A stretch of 64,000 nucleotides of DNA from contig JADBLN010000012.1 in the NCBI GenBank assembly GCA_014894455.1, positions 24,134-88,133 on the forward strand, in the 5' to 3' direction. A program made the translations under genes and the position numbers. The notes beneath the pieces are model-generated. The model had not been told where the DNA came from and made no database searches. It saw only the letters and a list, made by a program, of their open reading frames with translations. This document shows positions 7,936 through 17,350 of the stretch, piece after piece (position 1 is the first letter of the stretch; each line of letters starts with the position of its first letter). The DNA comes from Acidobacteriota bacterium (lineage in GTDB: Bacteria; Acidobacteriota; Aminicenantia; Aminicenantales; Saccharicenantaceae).

Positions 7936-10665
7936 TTACCGGCCCTTCTTGTCTCCCGTTTGCTCCTTCTCGCGCTGAAGCTCGATGAGGTCGACGGTCT
8001 GCGAAAAATCGCCGAGGAGGTACTTGGCGAAATAGTCGGCCCGGATCCAGAACCAGTAGTCGTTCATGTCGCCGTAGCCGTGCCGCTGGCCGGGGAAAAG
8101 GAAGACGTCGAAGCGCTTGTTGGCCTTGATCAGAGCGTTGGCCAGCCGGATCGTGTTCCCCGGGTGGACGTTGTTGTCCATGTCGCCGGTCGTCAGCAGC
8201 AGGTGGCCTTTGAGGTTCCGGGCAATCTCGGAGTTCTTGTCGATGCTGTATTCGAACTTGACGTTCCCTTCCTTGTCCGTGACTTCCTTGACGCCGTGGT
8301 GCTTCTCGCTCCACCAGCGGTTGTAGATGTTGTTCTCGTGGTTGCCGGACGAGGACACGCCCACCTTGAAGAAATCGGGATAGACGAGCAGGGCCGCGGC
8401 CGTCATGAAGCCGCCGCCCGAGTGGCCGTAGATGCCGACCCGGTCGGCGTCGACGTAGGGATACTTGATGGCCAATTGTTCGATGGCCCGCTTCTTATCG
8501 GCCAGGCCGTAGTCGCGGAGGTTGCCGTAGCCGTAGTTGTGGTACCACTTCGAGCGCATCGGGTTGCCGCCGCGGTTGCCGACCTCGATGACGACGAAGC
8601 CGAGCTGGGCCAGGGCGACGTTGCCGTTGCGGGGCGAGAACGTCTTGGTCACGCTCTCGGTCTGGGGGCCGGGGTAGACGTAGGCGATGACCGGGTACTT
8701 CACGGCGGGATCGAAGTCGTAGGGCTTGTACATGACGCCGTAGAGGTCGGTGACGCCGTCGTCGGCCTTGACTTTGAACGGCTCGGGGAACTTGTAGCCG
8801 GCTTCGACCAGGGCGGTCGTGTCGGTCGTCTCGAGCTTGAGGAGGACATTTCCCGTCATGTCGCGGAGTTCCGAGACGGGGGCCGTGTCGACCCGGGAGG
8901 ACATGTCGACGAATACCCGGAGGTTGTCGTCGGCGTCGGCGCCATGGTTGGCGTCGCCGGGGTTGAGGAGCTTGAGGCCGGTGCCGTCGAGGTCGACCCG
9001 GTAGAGATGGAAGTAATAGGGATCCTCGCCCGGCTCACGGCCGCAGGCGTTGAAGTAGAGGACACGCGTCTTCTCATCGACGCCCTCGATGCCCTGGCAG
9101 GTGAACTCGCCCGAGGTGACCTGCGACTTGAGTTTGCCGTCGCTATCGTAGAGGTAATAGTGGCCCCAGCCGTCGCGTTCGGACCACCAGACCAGCTCTT
9201 TTCCGCCGTTAACGAGACGGAGGGATTCGACGTCGACGTAGGTGTTCAGGCGCTCCTCGATGAGGACTTTCACTTCGCCCGTCGCTGTGTCGGCGACGCA
9301 GACGTCGTACTTGTGGAGGTCTCGGCTCTGGCGCCCGAAATAGAGCTTGTCGGACGTGTCGCTCAGCCACCGGGAAGGCGGCGGGAAGTCCTTCTCGCGG
9401 TCGACGTTGCGGCGCGGCGCGGTCTCGACGCTCAACGTCTGGTCCTTGAAAGCGTCGGCCTTGATCTTGACCTTCGCCTTGCCGGCGATGTCGAAGACGA
9501 GGAGCTCGGGCTGGGCCTGGTTTTCCTCGCCCGGCATGGCGTAGCGGTAGGTTTCGAGGGTCGGCCGGGGATTGGCCAGGATGTTGATGACCCAGAGGTC
9601 CCCGACCTTGCGCTCATCGTCGCGGACGCACGCGAACTTCTTCGAGTCCTTGGACCAGACGATGGTGCTTGCCTGGACACGGTAGTCCTTACGGTCCTTC
9701 TCGTTCTTCTGGAACTCCTTCTTGTCCTCGTCGTTGAGGTCCCGGGCGTAGGAGAAATGCTCCTCGCCGTCGGTCGTCAACTGAACCTCCTTGATGGCCG
9801 CGTCGTCGGCTTTCTTCTGGGCCAGCTTGAAGTTCTCGGCGTCCATCATGAAAAGGTTATAGCCGCGGGCGAAGACGACGACCTTCTCGTCCGGGGAAAC
9901 GGAGGCCCAGCGGGGCCGCTTGGGCGGAGCTTCGTAGTCGGGGAGGAGGGTGAGCTTGCCGGAAGCGAGCTGGTATTCGAAATAGAGGGTCGTCGTCTTC
10001 TTCTCGGGCTCCTTATCTTTATCGACGTCCTTCTTGTCCAGGTCTTTCTTATCCAGGTCCTTCTTGTCCTGGTCCTTCTTTTCCAGATCTTTCTTGTCCT
10101 GCTCTTTTTTCTCCTCGTCTTTCTTTTCGCCCTGTTTGGCAGCGTCTTCCTTGGCCTTCTTGGCGTCCTCGCGCTTTTTCTCGATGTCGCCGGCCTTGAC
10201 GATCTTGTCCCCGACGCGGACGTCCGAGTCCTTCTGGACTTCGAACTCGAAGCGCAGGGCCGTGTCTTTGTTGATGAATTTCACGGTCTTGATGGGCAGG
10301 TGTTGGGAGTCATAGGGTGTCAGGACGATCCGGGTCAGCAGGGCCGCCATTTTGGCGTTGTCGAAGAGCGGGGTTTTTGCGGCCCGCAGGGGATCGACGA
10401 TGGAAAACGACCGTCCCCTGCTCGTCTCCCAGCCGTACCAGAACCGGTCGCCCGTTTCGAGCCAGTGGGCCTGGACGGCGGTGTCGAAGACGAGCTTGCC
10501 GACCTTGGCCGGGGTGAAACGCGCGGCCAGCTCATAGTTGGCCTTATCGGCCTTCTTCATCTCGGCGCCGGCGGCAGGTGCCGTGCCGAAGGCCAGGGAG
10601 GCGAAAACGAAAATTGCGGCGGCCGCGATTCCGGCGGCCCGAGGGGTGGTCATGCGGAGTGACAT
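7936..10665 (-). CDS. Secreted dipeptidyl-peptidase IV family serine peptidase (S9B) with a charged low-complexity insert
   Basis: Signal peptide, DPP-IV-type propeller region, and a C-terminal alpha/beta hydrolase domain with GHSGGG nucleophile motif plus Asp and His blocks (TTGDMDNNV, GQRHGY). An AAGGAGG RBS lies 8 nt upstream of the ATG at 10665. Confidence 0.85.
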   Translation of the reverse strand: MSLRMTTPRAAGIAAAAIFVFASLAFGTAPAAGAEMKKADKANYELAARFTPAKVGKLVFDTAVQAHWLETGDRFWYGWETSRGRSFSIVDPLRAAKTPLFDNAKMAALLTRIVLTPYDSQHLPIKTVKFINKDTALRFEFEVQKDSDVRVGDKIVKAGDIEKKREDAKKAKEDAAKQGEKKDEEKKEQDKKDLEKKDQDKKDLDKKDLDKKDVDKDKEPEKKTTTLYFEYQLASGKLTLLPDYEAPPKRPRWASVSPDEKVVVFARGYNLFMMDAENFKLAQKKADDAAIKEVQLTTDGEEHFSYARDLNDEDKKEFQKNEKDRKDYRVQASTIVWSKDSKKFACVRDDERKVGDLWVINILANPRPTLETYRYAMPGEENQAQPELLVFDIAGKAKVKIKADAFKDQTLSVETAPRRNVDREKDFPPPSRWLSDTSDKLYFGRQSRDLHKYDVCVADTATGEVKVLIEERLNTYVDVESLRLVNGGKELVWWSERDGWGHYYLYDSDGKLKSQVTSGEFTCQGIEGVDEKTRVLYFNACGREPGEDPYYFHLYRVDLDGTGLKLLNPGDANHGADADDNLRVFVDMSSRVDTAPVSELRDMTGNVLLKLETTDTTALVEAGYKFPEPFKVKADDGVTDLYGVMYKPYDFDPAVKYPVIAYVYPGPQTESVTKTFSPRNGNVALAQLGFVVIEVGNRGGNPMRSKWYHNYGYGNLRDYGLADKKRAIEQLAIKYPYVDADRVGIYGHSGGGFMTAAALLVYPDFFKVGVSSSGNHENNIYNRWWSEKHHGVKEVTDKEGNVKFEYSIDKNSEIARNLKGHLLLTTGDMDNNVHPGNTIRLANALIKANKRFDVFLFPGQRHGYGDMNDYWFWIRADYFAKYLLGDFSQTVDLIELQREKEQTGDKKGR
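9997..10185 (-). repeat. Imperfect 15-nt-period DNA repeats encoding a Lys/Asp/Glu-rich insert (…KKDLEKKDQDKKDLDKKDLDKKDVDKDKEPEKK)
   Basis: Plus strand at 10020-10110 reads gtccttcttgtccaggtctttcttatccaggtccttcttgtcctggtccttcttttccag... This corresponds to about aa 161-223 of the peptidase. Confidence 0.8.
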
Positions 10666-10723
10666 GTCGGAAACCTCCTTGAGGGCTGATCGAAATAAGG
10701 GGGCGATTATAGCATTTATGGGG

Positions 10724-11320
10724 TCAAAATAGCGCCAGGGAATATTCCCGGAGCCGGGCCTGGCGGCGGCGGGCGTCCGGACAATGCCGCACGAGCTCGG
10801 TCCAGAACGCCCGACCGTGGCCCCTGACGCGGGTGTGGACGAGCTCGTGGAGGATGACGTAGTCGGCGAGGTCCTGGGGCACGACGGCCAGACAAGCGTT
10901 GAGCTGGATGCGGCCGGAGGGCGAGGCGCTTCCCCAGAGCGTGCCCTGGTTCCGGACGCTCAATCGTCCGGGGGTGAAACCGTGTTCTTCGGCCAGCGCG
11001 GCCAGGCGTCTGGCGAGAAAGGCGCGGGCGGCCCGGCGGTCGAGACGTTCCGCGGCGAGGACTACTTCGTGGCAGCGGTCCCGGGCCCACTCGACCCGGG
11101 CGAGCGTCCGCTCGATCCAATGGAGCTTGGAGAGGATGACCCGGCGGGCCTCGTCGAACGAGACGCGCGCCGGGACGGCGACCCGCACGCCGCGCGAGGC
11201 CCGGACCGTCAACCCGATGTGGCGGGCCCGCCGGCTCTTCTCGAAAAGAACCGGCCCGACGCCGTCGAGCACGATCGTCTGGGACGGCCCCGTGGCCGGC
11301 GCCCCGCCCGGCCGGGTCAT
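10724..11320 (-). CDS. DUF45 / YgjP-like (M48-related) zinc metallohydrolase
   Basis: 198 aa with a C-terminal YVILHELVHTRVRGHGRAFW (HExxH) block, typical of the family. It starts 2 nt downstream of the stop of the upstream BNR-repeat gene. Confidence 0.7.
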   Translation of the reverse strand: MTRPGGAPATGPSQTIVLDGVGPVLFEKSRRARHIGLTVRASRGVRVAVPARVSFDEARRVILSKLHWIERTLARVEWARDRCHEVVLAAERLDRRAARAFLARRLAALAEEHGFTPGRLSVRNQGTLWGSASPSGRIQLNACLAVVPQDLADYVILHELVHTRVRGHGRAFWTELVRHCPDARRRQARLREYSLALF

Positions 11321-11321
11321 C

Positions 11322-13724
11322 TTAATCCTCGAAATAGAACCTCCGGCGGGCAGACTTGTTGTTGACCGTGTTGGCGTCGAGGGCCCACATGCCGCGGCCG
11401 TGCGTGGCGATGACGATGACGTTGTCGCGCGGATGGACGATCAGGTCGTGGACGTAGACGGTCGCGAGGTTCCCGCCGAGAACCATCCAGGTCTTGCCGC
11501 CGTCCGTCGTGACATAGGCGCCCATGTCCGTGCCGACGTAGAGGATTTTTTCGTTGACCGGGTCTTCGCGGATGACGTTGACCGGGCCGACCGGGATGCC
11601 CGCGGCGATGCTCGTCCACGTCTTGCCGTAGTCGACGGACTTCCAGACGTAAGGCGTGAAGTCGTCGTCGCGCTTGCCGTTCTGGGAGAGATAGACCGTG
11701 CCCAGGTTGTAGGCCGAGGCGACGACGCGCGACATCCACTTGCCCGGGGCCAGACCGGCGGTGATCTCCTGCCAGGCCTTGCCGGCGTCCTTGGTCATCC
11801 AGAGCCGGCCGTCATCGGTCCCGGCGTAGATCAAGCCGTACTTGATGGGCGACTCGGAGATGGTGAAGAGCGTCTGGTAGCGGATATCGCCCCGCGTCGC
11901 CGGGTCGTTCGTCGTCAGGTCGGGGCTGATCTTCTCCCACGTGTCGCCCCGGTCGAGGGAACGGAAGACATACTGCATGCCGTGGTAGAGGATGTTCGGG
12001 TTGTGGGTCGAGAGGATGAACGGGGCGAGCCATTGGCCGCGGAGCCGCGGCTCGTTCTCGTAGAGGACGGGCAGGAGCTCCTTGGAGAACGGAGAACCGG
12101 GGTATTCGCCGGGCTTGTCGTATTCGGACCGGGAGATCGCCCCATAGAATCCGGCCGAGTAGACGAGGTTGGGGTTCGTCGGGTCGATGGCGTGGTTCGA
12201 GCCCTCACCGCCGGGCGCGTTCTCGAACTTCTGGGCCGGGATCCGATCGCGGCCCCGGCTGAGGTCGACCGGCGCCCGGAAGCTGCCGTGATCCTGCATC
12301 GAGCCGTAGACCTTGAAGGGCGTCCCCATGTCGAAATTGATGTTGAAGAACTGGCTGACCGGGATGACGTCCTGGAAATACTTCCAGCTCTTGCCCTTGT
12401 CGTAGGATACAGCGACGCCCTGGTCGAAGCCCTTGAGGAGGTAGTTCGAGTTGTCGGGGTCGATCCACAGGGCGTGGTGGTCGGCGCCGGGGCCGGGCAG
12501 GCGGGCGAACGTCTTGCCGCCGTCCGTCGAGACGCTGAAGGGCACGCCCATCATGTAAGTGGTGTTCGGGTCGTTGGGGTCGACGCGGATCTGGCCGAAG
12601 ACCCAGCCGTAGGTCCCGGAGTGCCTCTCCATGATGCTCTTCTGTTGGGGCGTCAGGCCGCTCGTCTGGGTCCATGTGGCGCCGCCGTCGTCGGAGCGGT
12701 AGACCGTGGCCCCCTTGATGAACCCGGAGGAGGGGACGCCGTAGGAATCGGTGATCTCCTGGGGCGTCGGCTCGCGGGAGATCTCGTAGTTGTCGACGAG
12801 GGCGTAGAGGACATCGGGCTTGGTCAGGCAGAGGTCGATCCCGATCCGGCCCCGGCGTCCGGCTTCGGGCAAGCCCGCGTTGATGGCCGTCCAGGTCTTG
12901 CCGCCGTCGGTCGTCTTCCAAATGCCGCTTCCGGTGTGGGAGGCCTCGGTCCGCGGGTCGTTCCATTTCCTGCGGGTCCTCTGCCACGTCGCGGCGTAGA
13001 GGGTGTCGCTCGACCGCGGGTCCATGACGAGATCGTAAGCGCCGGTCTCGTCGTTGACGTAGAGGACTTTTTCCCAGGTCTTGCCGCCGTCGACGGTCTT
13101 GTAGACGCCGCGATCGGCGTTCTTGGTCCACTCATGCCCGCCGGCGGCGACGTAGACGACGGCGGGGTTCGTCGGGTGGACGACGATCCGGGCGATGGTG
13201 TTCGTGTCGGAAAGGCCCATGGGAGCCCAGGTCTTGCCGCCGTCCGAGGACTTGAAGACGCCGATGCCGGCCTGGGAGCTGCGGAAGATGTTGTGTTCGC
13301 CGGTCCCGACCCAGATCGTGTTCTGATCGGACGGGGCGAGGGCGATGTCGCCGATGGCCGCGCTGACATGGTTCTCGAAGATGGGGATCCAGGTCGTGCC
13401 CTCGTTCTCCGTCTTCCAGACGCCGCCGGAAGCCGTGGCCACGTAGATCGTGTAGTTCTTGCCCTTGGGAGCGACGACGGCGACGTCGGTCACCCGGCCG
13501 CTGACGTTCGTCGGGCCGATGAACTGCCACTTGAGGTCCTTGAACTTCGAGGCCTGCTGCATGGCCTTGTAGTCCTCGAAGCCCTTGAGCCTGAGCTCGG
13601 GGTTCGTCGATTGAAGAACCTTGGGCTTCTTCGCCTGCTGGGCGAAGGGCCAGGCGGCCAGGACGAGCACGGCCGCGACGATGAATAGCGCCTTCTTGGC
13701 GGGGAATTTACCGAAAAATGACAT
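11322..13724 (-). CDS. Secreted BNR/Asp-box repeat protein (sortilin/VPS10-like beta-propeller)
   Basis: Many SxDxGxTW boxes (SSDGGKTWAP, TVDGGKTWEK, TTDGGKTWTA, SDDGGATWTQ, STDGGKTF, TTDGGKTWMV). The start is set at the ATG at 13724, which has a GGAGGAGG RBS 6 nt upstream. Confidence 0.8.
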   Translation of the reverse strand: MSFFGKFPAKKALFIVAAVLVLAAWPFAQQAKKPKVLQSTNPELRLKGFEDYKAMQQASKFKDLKWQFIGPTNVSGRVTDVAVVAPKGKNYTIYVATASGGVWKTENEGTTWIPIFENHVSAAIGDIALAPSDQNTIWVGTGEHNIFRSSQAGIGVFKSSDGGKTWAPMGLSDTNTIARIVVHPTNPAVVYVAAGGHEWTKNADRGVYKTVDGGKTWEKVLYVNDETGAYDLVMDPRSSDTLYAATWQRTRRKWNDPRTEASHTGSGIWKTTDGGKTWTAINAGLPEAGRRGRIGIDLCLTKPDVLYALVDNYEISREPTPQEITDSYGVPSSGFIKGATVYRSDDGGATWTQTSGLTPQQKSIMERHSGTYGWVFGQIRVDPNDPNTTYMMGVPFSVSTDGGKTFARLPGPGADHHALWIDPDNSNYLLKGFDQGVAVSYDKGKSWKYFQDVIPVSQFFNINFDMGTPFKVYGSMQDHGSFRAPVDLSRGRDRIPAQKFENAPGGEGSNHAIDPTNPNLVYSAGFYGAISRSEYDKPGEYPGSPFSKELLPVLYENEPRLRGQWLAPFILSTHNPNILYHGMQYVFRSLDRGDTWEKISPDLTTNDPATRGDIRYQTLFTISESPIKYGLIYAGTDDGRLWMTKDAGKAWQEITAGLAPGKWMSRVVASAYNLGTVYLSQNGKRDDDFTPYVWKSVDYGKTWTSIAAGIPVGPVNVIREDPVNEKILYVGTDMGAYVTTDGGKTWMVLGGNLATVYVHDLIVHPRDNVIVIATHGRGMWALDANTVNNKSARRRFYFED

Positions 13725-13821
13725 CGGGCACCTCCTCCGGGGATAAAGAAGCTTCACTATAATGAATTGGTTCGCGCCCTGTCAATGCGGCTGATCGCAA
13801 CTTCGGGGCCGGCCGCGGGCG

Positions 13822-13830
13822 TGGTATAAT
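13822..13830 (+). promoter_or_regulatory. Extended -10 element TGGTATAAT placed 8 nt before the ATG at 13839, suggesting a leaderless or near-leaderless mRNA
   Basis: tggtataat at 13822-13830, followed by agccggaa and then the ATG. There is no SD-like sequence in between. Confidence 0.45.
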
Positions 13831-13838
13831 AGCCGGAA

Positions 13839-14252
13839 ATGCGCATCCGAAAAGTCCGCCTAGAGGACGTCCCCCCCGCCGTCGAACTCGCCCGGAGGTT
13901 GGACCTGGATTATCCCGGAATGGAGTTGGACCGGCTCTGGGTCGCTGAGGAAGCCGGGGAAATAGCCGGTCTCGTCGCCCTCAAGGAGCATCCCGACTGC
14001 CTCGAGCTCTGCGGGCTCGGGGTCGAGCCGCGCTTCAGAGGGAAGAACGTCGGAACGGACCTGGTCGAGGCCGTCATGGCGGCGGCCCCGGGCCGCGTCC
14101 ATCTGGCCACGATCATCCCCGAATTCTTCGAGGCCTGCGGGTTCGAGAAAAGCGCCGACATCCCCGCGACCTTCCTTGATAAGCGGAATACCGCCTGGTG
14201 TGACGGCTGTCCCCAAGAGCGCTGCACGGTCATGTCGAGAGAGAAAAGATGA
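13839..14252 (+). CDS. Small GNAT-family N-acetyltransferase with a C-terminal CxxC-x4-C tail
   Basis: 137 aa. Acetyl-CoA-binding-like V(E)PRFRGKNVGTDLV block, and a C-terminal AWCDGCPQERC. Confidence 0.65.
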   Translation: MRIRKVRLEDVPPAVELARRLDLDYPGMELDRLWVAEEAGEIAGLVALKEHPDCLELCGLGVEPRFRGKNVGTDLVEAVMAAAPGRVHLATIIPEFFEACGFEKSADIPATFLDKRNTAWCDGCPQERCTVMSREKR

Positions 14253-15121
14253 GCCACCCCGTATATCCCGAGTTCAAGCCGGTCGGCCTCGAGGACCAGG
14301 TCCTCCTCGGGGGCTACCTCGACCGCGAGCCGTCGGGCGTCTGCGAGATGAACTTCGCCAATATCTTCATCTGGAAGGACTCCGAGCACCCGCGTTACAC
14401 CATCCTCGGCGGCAGTCTCTGCATCCTCGTCGAGCCCGATTTCGAGCCGCCCTATTTCCTGCCTCCGGTCGGCGGCGACCGTGTCCCGGAGACGATCGCG
14501 ACGTGCCTCCGCCACGCGCCGCGCCTGTCGCGCGTCCCGGAGGAGTTCGTCCGGCGGTTCGGCGCCGGCTTTTGCGCTGAGGAGGACCCGGACAATTTCG
14601 ACTACATCTACCGGGTCGAAGACTTGGTCGAGCTCAAGGGCAAGAAATACGACGGCAAGCGCAACCGGATCAGGAAATTCGAGTCGACGTTCGCCCATGA
14701 ATACGCCGCCTTGGCACGAGGCGACGTTGCCGGGTGTGTCCAGCTTCTCGAACACTGGTTCGAGGAGAAAAGGAACGGCGACCCCTACATGAAGGCCGAG
14801 AAAGTGGCCATCGTCCAGGCCCTCGCGTCTTTCGAACTTCTAGGCTTGAAGGGCGGTGTCGTCAAGGTTGACGGTCGGATCGAGGCTTTCACCTTCGGCA
14901 TGCGCCTGACCGCGGACACGGCCGTCATCCCCATCGAGATCGCCAACCCCGCATTCGTGGGGCTGGCCCAATGGATCAACCGGGAGTTCGTCCGCCGCGA
15001 ATGGCCGGACTACAAGTTCGTCAACCGGGAGCAGGACATGGGGGTCGAAGGCCTGCGCAAGGCCAAGCTGTCCTACCAGCCCGAACAGCTGCTCAAAAAG
15101 TTCAACCTGACGTCTTCTTGA
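14249..15121 (+). CDS. DUF2156 domain protein (homologous to the C-terminal aminoacyl-transfer domain of MprF / LysPG synthase)
   Basis: 290 aa. NFANIFIWKD, LKGKKYDGKRNRIRKF and REQDMGVEGLRKAKLSY blocks, as in PF09924. ATGA overlap with the GNAT gene. Confidence 0.6.
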   Translation: MSHPVYPEFKPVGLEDQVLLGGYLDREPSGVCEMNFANIFIWKDSEHPRYTILGGSLCILVEPDFEPPYFLPPVGGDRVPETIATCLRHAPRLSRVPEEFVRRFGAGFCAEEDPDNFDYIYRVEDLVELKGKKYDGKRNRIRKFESTFAHEYAALARGDVAGCVQLLEHWFEEKRNGDPYMKAEKVAIVQALASFELLGLKGGVVKVDGRIEAFTFGMRLTADTAVIPIEIANPAFVGLAQWINREFVRREWPDYKFVNREQDMGVEGLRKAKLSYQPEQLLKKFNLTSS

Positions 15122-17246
15122 GGATGATCCGGGCATCGACGATCTTGACGCCCTTGCCGACCTCGTAGAGGAGGGTCGGGTTGGCGTCGGATTCGGCCAC
15201 CTCGTCGCCGAGGTCGGCGACCATCCGGGAGTAGCGCTCGATGACCCCCGCCAGGGCCTCGCGGTCCCTCGGCGCCTCGCCGCGGAGCCCCTCTGTAATG
15301 CGGGCGGCGTGGATCTTCTCGAGCATGATCTTCGCCAGGACCCGGTTCACCGGGGCGACGCGGAACGTCACGTGCCGCAGGAGCTCGACGAGGATCCCCC
15401 CAAGCCCGAACATCATCGTCGGGCCGAAGCTCGAGTCGTTGATCGACCCGAGGATGACCTCGAGCCCGGCCGGGGCCATCTCCTGGACGGCGATGCCCAG
15501 GATGTCGGCGTCCGCTTTGAAGGCGCGGGCGTTCTTCATGATGATCCGGAAGGCGTCTCGCACCCCGGTCTCGTCCCGGATGTTGACCTTGACCCCGCCG
15601 GCGTCGGACTTGTGGAGGATGTCGGGCGAAACGACCTTGAGGACGACCGGGAAACCCATCCCGGCCGCGAGCGCCACGGCCTCGTCCTCCCATCGGGCCA
15701 GGGCCGTCTTCGTGACGGGGAGCCCGTAGGCGGCGAAGACCTGCTTGGCTTCGATCTCGGTCAGCGAGAGCCGCCCGTAGGCCCGGGCGGACCGGATGAT
15801 CTCCCGGGCGGCGGCTTCGGCGGCGCCCAGGTCGTCGGCGGGGCTTTCGTCCCTGGCTAGGGTGCGGATATGGGCGTACTCGTTGAGGGCGGCCATGGCG
15901 TTGACCGCCTTGTCCGGGACATCGTAGGCGGGGAGGCCGTTCTCCATCAGGCCTTTCATCGCCTTCGCCGACTGTTCGCCGCCGATGAAGGCGATGGTCA
16001 CCGGCTTATCCTTGACGCCGGAATCGACGATCGCCCGATGGATGGTTCCGGCGATCTCCATCGGTACGGTCAAGGAGGTCTCGCAATAGAGGATGACGAG
16101 GCCGTCGACCCACGGGTGGGTCAGGCAGGCCTTGACCGAGCCGTAGTACCAGTCCGCGCCGGCCATCCCCGTCAGGTCGACCGGGTTCTTCGCCGACCCG
16201 AACTCCGGCATGGACTTCCGGAGCTCGGCCTGGAGGTCGGCCGGGGCGAACTTGAGGGGCAGCCCGACCCGTTCGGCCGAATCCGTCGCCAGGACGCCCA
16301 CGCCGCCGCCGTTGGTCAGGACGAGGAGGTTCTCGCCCCGCATGGGCGGCTGGAGGGACAGGGCCAGGCTGCGGTCGAACAGGTTGTTGAGGTCGGCGGC
16401 CTGGACGATGCCGGCCTGCTCGAACGCCGCCTCGTAGACCGCGGCCGCCCCGGCCAGGGAGCCGGTGTGCGACGCCGCGGCCGCGGCCCCGTGGGCCGAG
16501 ACCCCGGCCTTGAGGGCGACGATGGGCTTGGTCGCCCGGAGCCCGGCTTCGATGAGGCGCCGGCCGTCCTTGAGCCCCTCGATATACAGGGATATGCAGG
16601 TCGTGTTCGGGTCGGCGTCCAGCCACTCGACGCAGTCGGCGATGTCCACGTCGGCCATGTTCCCGATGGAGATGAGCTTGTCGAACCCGACGTTCCGGAC
16701 ATAGGTCGCGGCGTCGATAGCGACGACGAGGGCCCCGCTCTGGGAGACCATCGAGACCTTGCCGGGGAAGGGGAGGAACGGGGCGAACGAGGCGTTCATA
16801 TGGTCGGAGTTCGAAAGGACCCCGACGATGTTCGGTCCGAGGACGCGGGTCCCGTATTTCCCGGCGGCCCGGACGACCTCGTCCTCGAGGTCCTTCCGGC
16901 CGACCTCGCTGAAACCGGAGCTGATGATGATCAGGCCCTTGACGCCCTTCCGGCCGCACTCGTCGGCGACCTCGACGCAGAGCCTGGCGGGAACGACGAT
17001 GACCGCGGCGTCGACGTCCCCGGGGACGTCGAGGACCGAGCGGTATGCCTTGAGCCCCTGGACCTCCGGATCCTTGGGGTTGATGGGATAGACCGGCCCC
17101 TTGTAGCCGCTTGCGACGATGTTCCTGAGGACCGTGTAGCCGACCTTGCCCGGGGTGTCCGAGGCGCCGATGACGGCGAGGGACCGGGGCCTCAGAAGCT
17201 CGTCCAGGCCGAGGAGGGAGGATGACCGCTCGTTATTCGAAGGCAT
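15102..17246 (-). CDS. Acetate--CoA ligase (ADP-forming) / NDP-forming acyl-CoA synthetase, fused alpha-beta form
   Basis: CoA-binding N-terminus (SLAVIGASDTPGKVGY), the phospho-His loop ASHTGSLAG, and a C-terminal ATP-grasp domain (PVVLKVVSPDILHKSDAGGV). The ATG at 17246 has a GGAG 6 nt upstream. The ATG at 17258 is also possible. Confidence 0.85.
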   Translation of the reverse strand: MPSNNERSSSLLGLDELLRPRSLAVIGASDTPGKVGYTVLRNIVASGYKGPVYPINPKDPEVQGLKAYRSVLDVPGDVDAAVIVVPARLCVEVADECGRKGVKGLIIISSGFSEVGRKDLEDEVVRAAGKYGTRVLGPNIVGVLSNSDHMNASFAPFLPFPGKVSMVSQSGALVVAIDAATYVRNVGFDKLISIGNMADVDIADCVEWLDADPNTTCISLYIEGLKDGRRLIEAGLRATKPIVALKAGVSAHGAAAAASHTGSLAGAAAVYEAAFEQAGIVQAADLNNLFDRSLALSLQPPMRGENLLVLTNGGGVGVLATDSAERVGLPLKFAPADLQAELRKSMPEFGSAKNPVDLTGMAGADWYYGSVKACLTHPWVDGLVILYCETSLTVPMEIAGTIHRAIVDSGVKDKPVTIAFIGGEQSAKAMKGLMENGLPAYDVPDKAVNAMAALNEYAHIRTLARDESPADDLGAAEAAAREIIRSARAYGRLSLTEIEAKQVFAAYGLPVTKTALARWEDEAVALAAGMGFPVVLKVVSPDILHKSDAGGVKVNIRDETGVRDAFRIIMKNARAFKADADILGIAVQEMAPAGLEVILGSINDSSFGPTMMFGLGGILVELLRHVTFRVAPVNRVLAKIMLEKIHAARITEGLRGEAPRDREALAGVIERYSRMVADLGDEVAESDANPTLLYEVGKGVKIVDARIILKKTSG

Positions 17247-17285
17247 ACGGGACTCCATGTCGCTGGTTTTTGCTATGAACCCCAA

Positions 17286-17314
17286 TTTATAGTATAGGGA
17301 GAGGAGGTTGTCAA
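17286..17314 (-). promoter_or_regulatory. Putative promoter TTGACA-N17-TATAAA for the acyl-CoA synthetase gene
   Basis: Minus strand: TTGACA (17314..17309), 17-nt spacer, TATAAA (17291..17286). It lies downstream of the TTG at 17285 that the ORF track uses as start. Confidence 0.5.
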
Positions 17315-17350
17315 TCGCGGCGGGCCGGTCCGGGCGCGGGCGGCGACAAA

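Noticed and set aside
7903-13688. Very long plus-strand ORFs (919 aa at 7903-10662 and 929 aa at 10899-13688)
   Set aside because: Both lie antisense to well-supported genes (the DPP-IV peptidase and the BNR-repeat protein). Their composition (G/V/D/A/R/L runs) and lack of RBS or motifs indicate GC-driven spurious frames.

The same reasoning applies to these antisense ORFs:
- 35111-37474 (-)
- 38667-41819 (-)
- 43972-45999 (-)
- 46688-48850 (-)
- 55593-57167 (-)
- 31290-33200 (-)
- 59339-60370 (+)
- 21881-22918 (+)
- 22551-24164 (+)
- the many 60-300 aa Arg/Pro/Ser-rich ORFs in the track
17247-17285. TTG at 17285 (the ORF-track start) as the start of the ADP-forming acetyl-CoA synthetase
   Set aside because: It lies at or upstream of the transcription start predicted from the TTGACA-N17-TATAAA promoter (17286-17314) and has no RBS. 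The ATG at 17246 has a GGAG at correct spacing.
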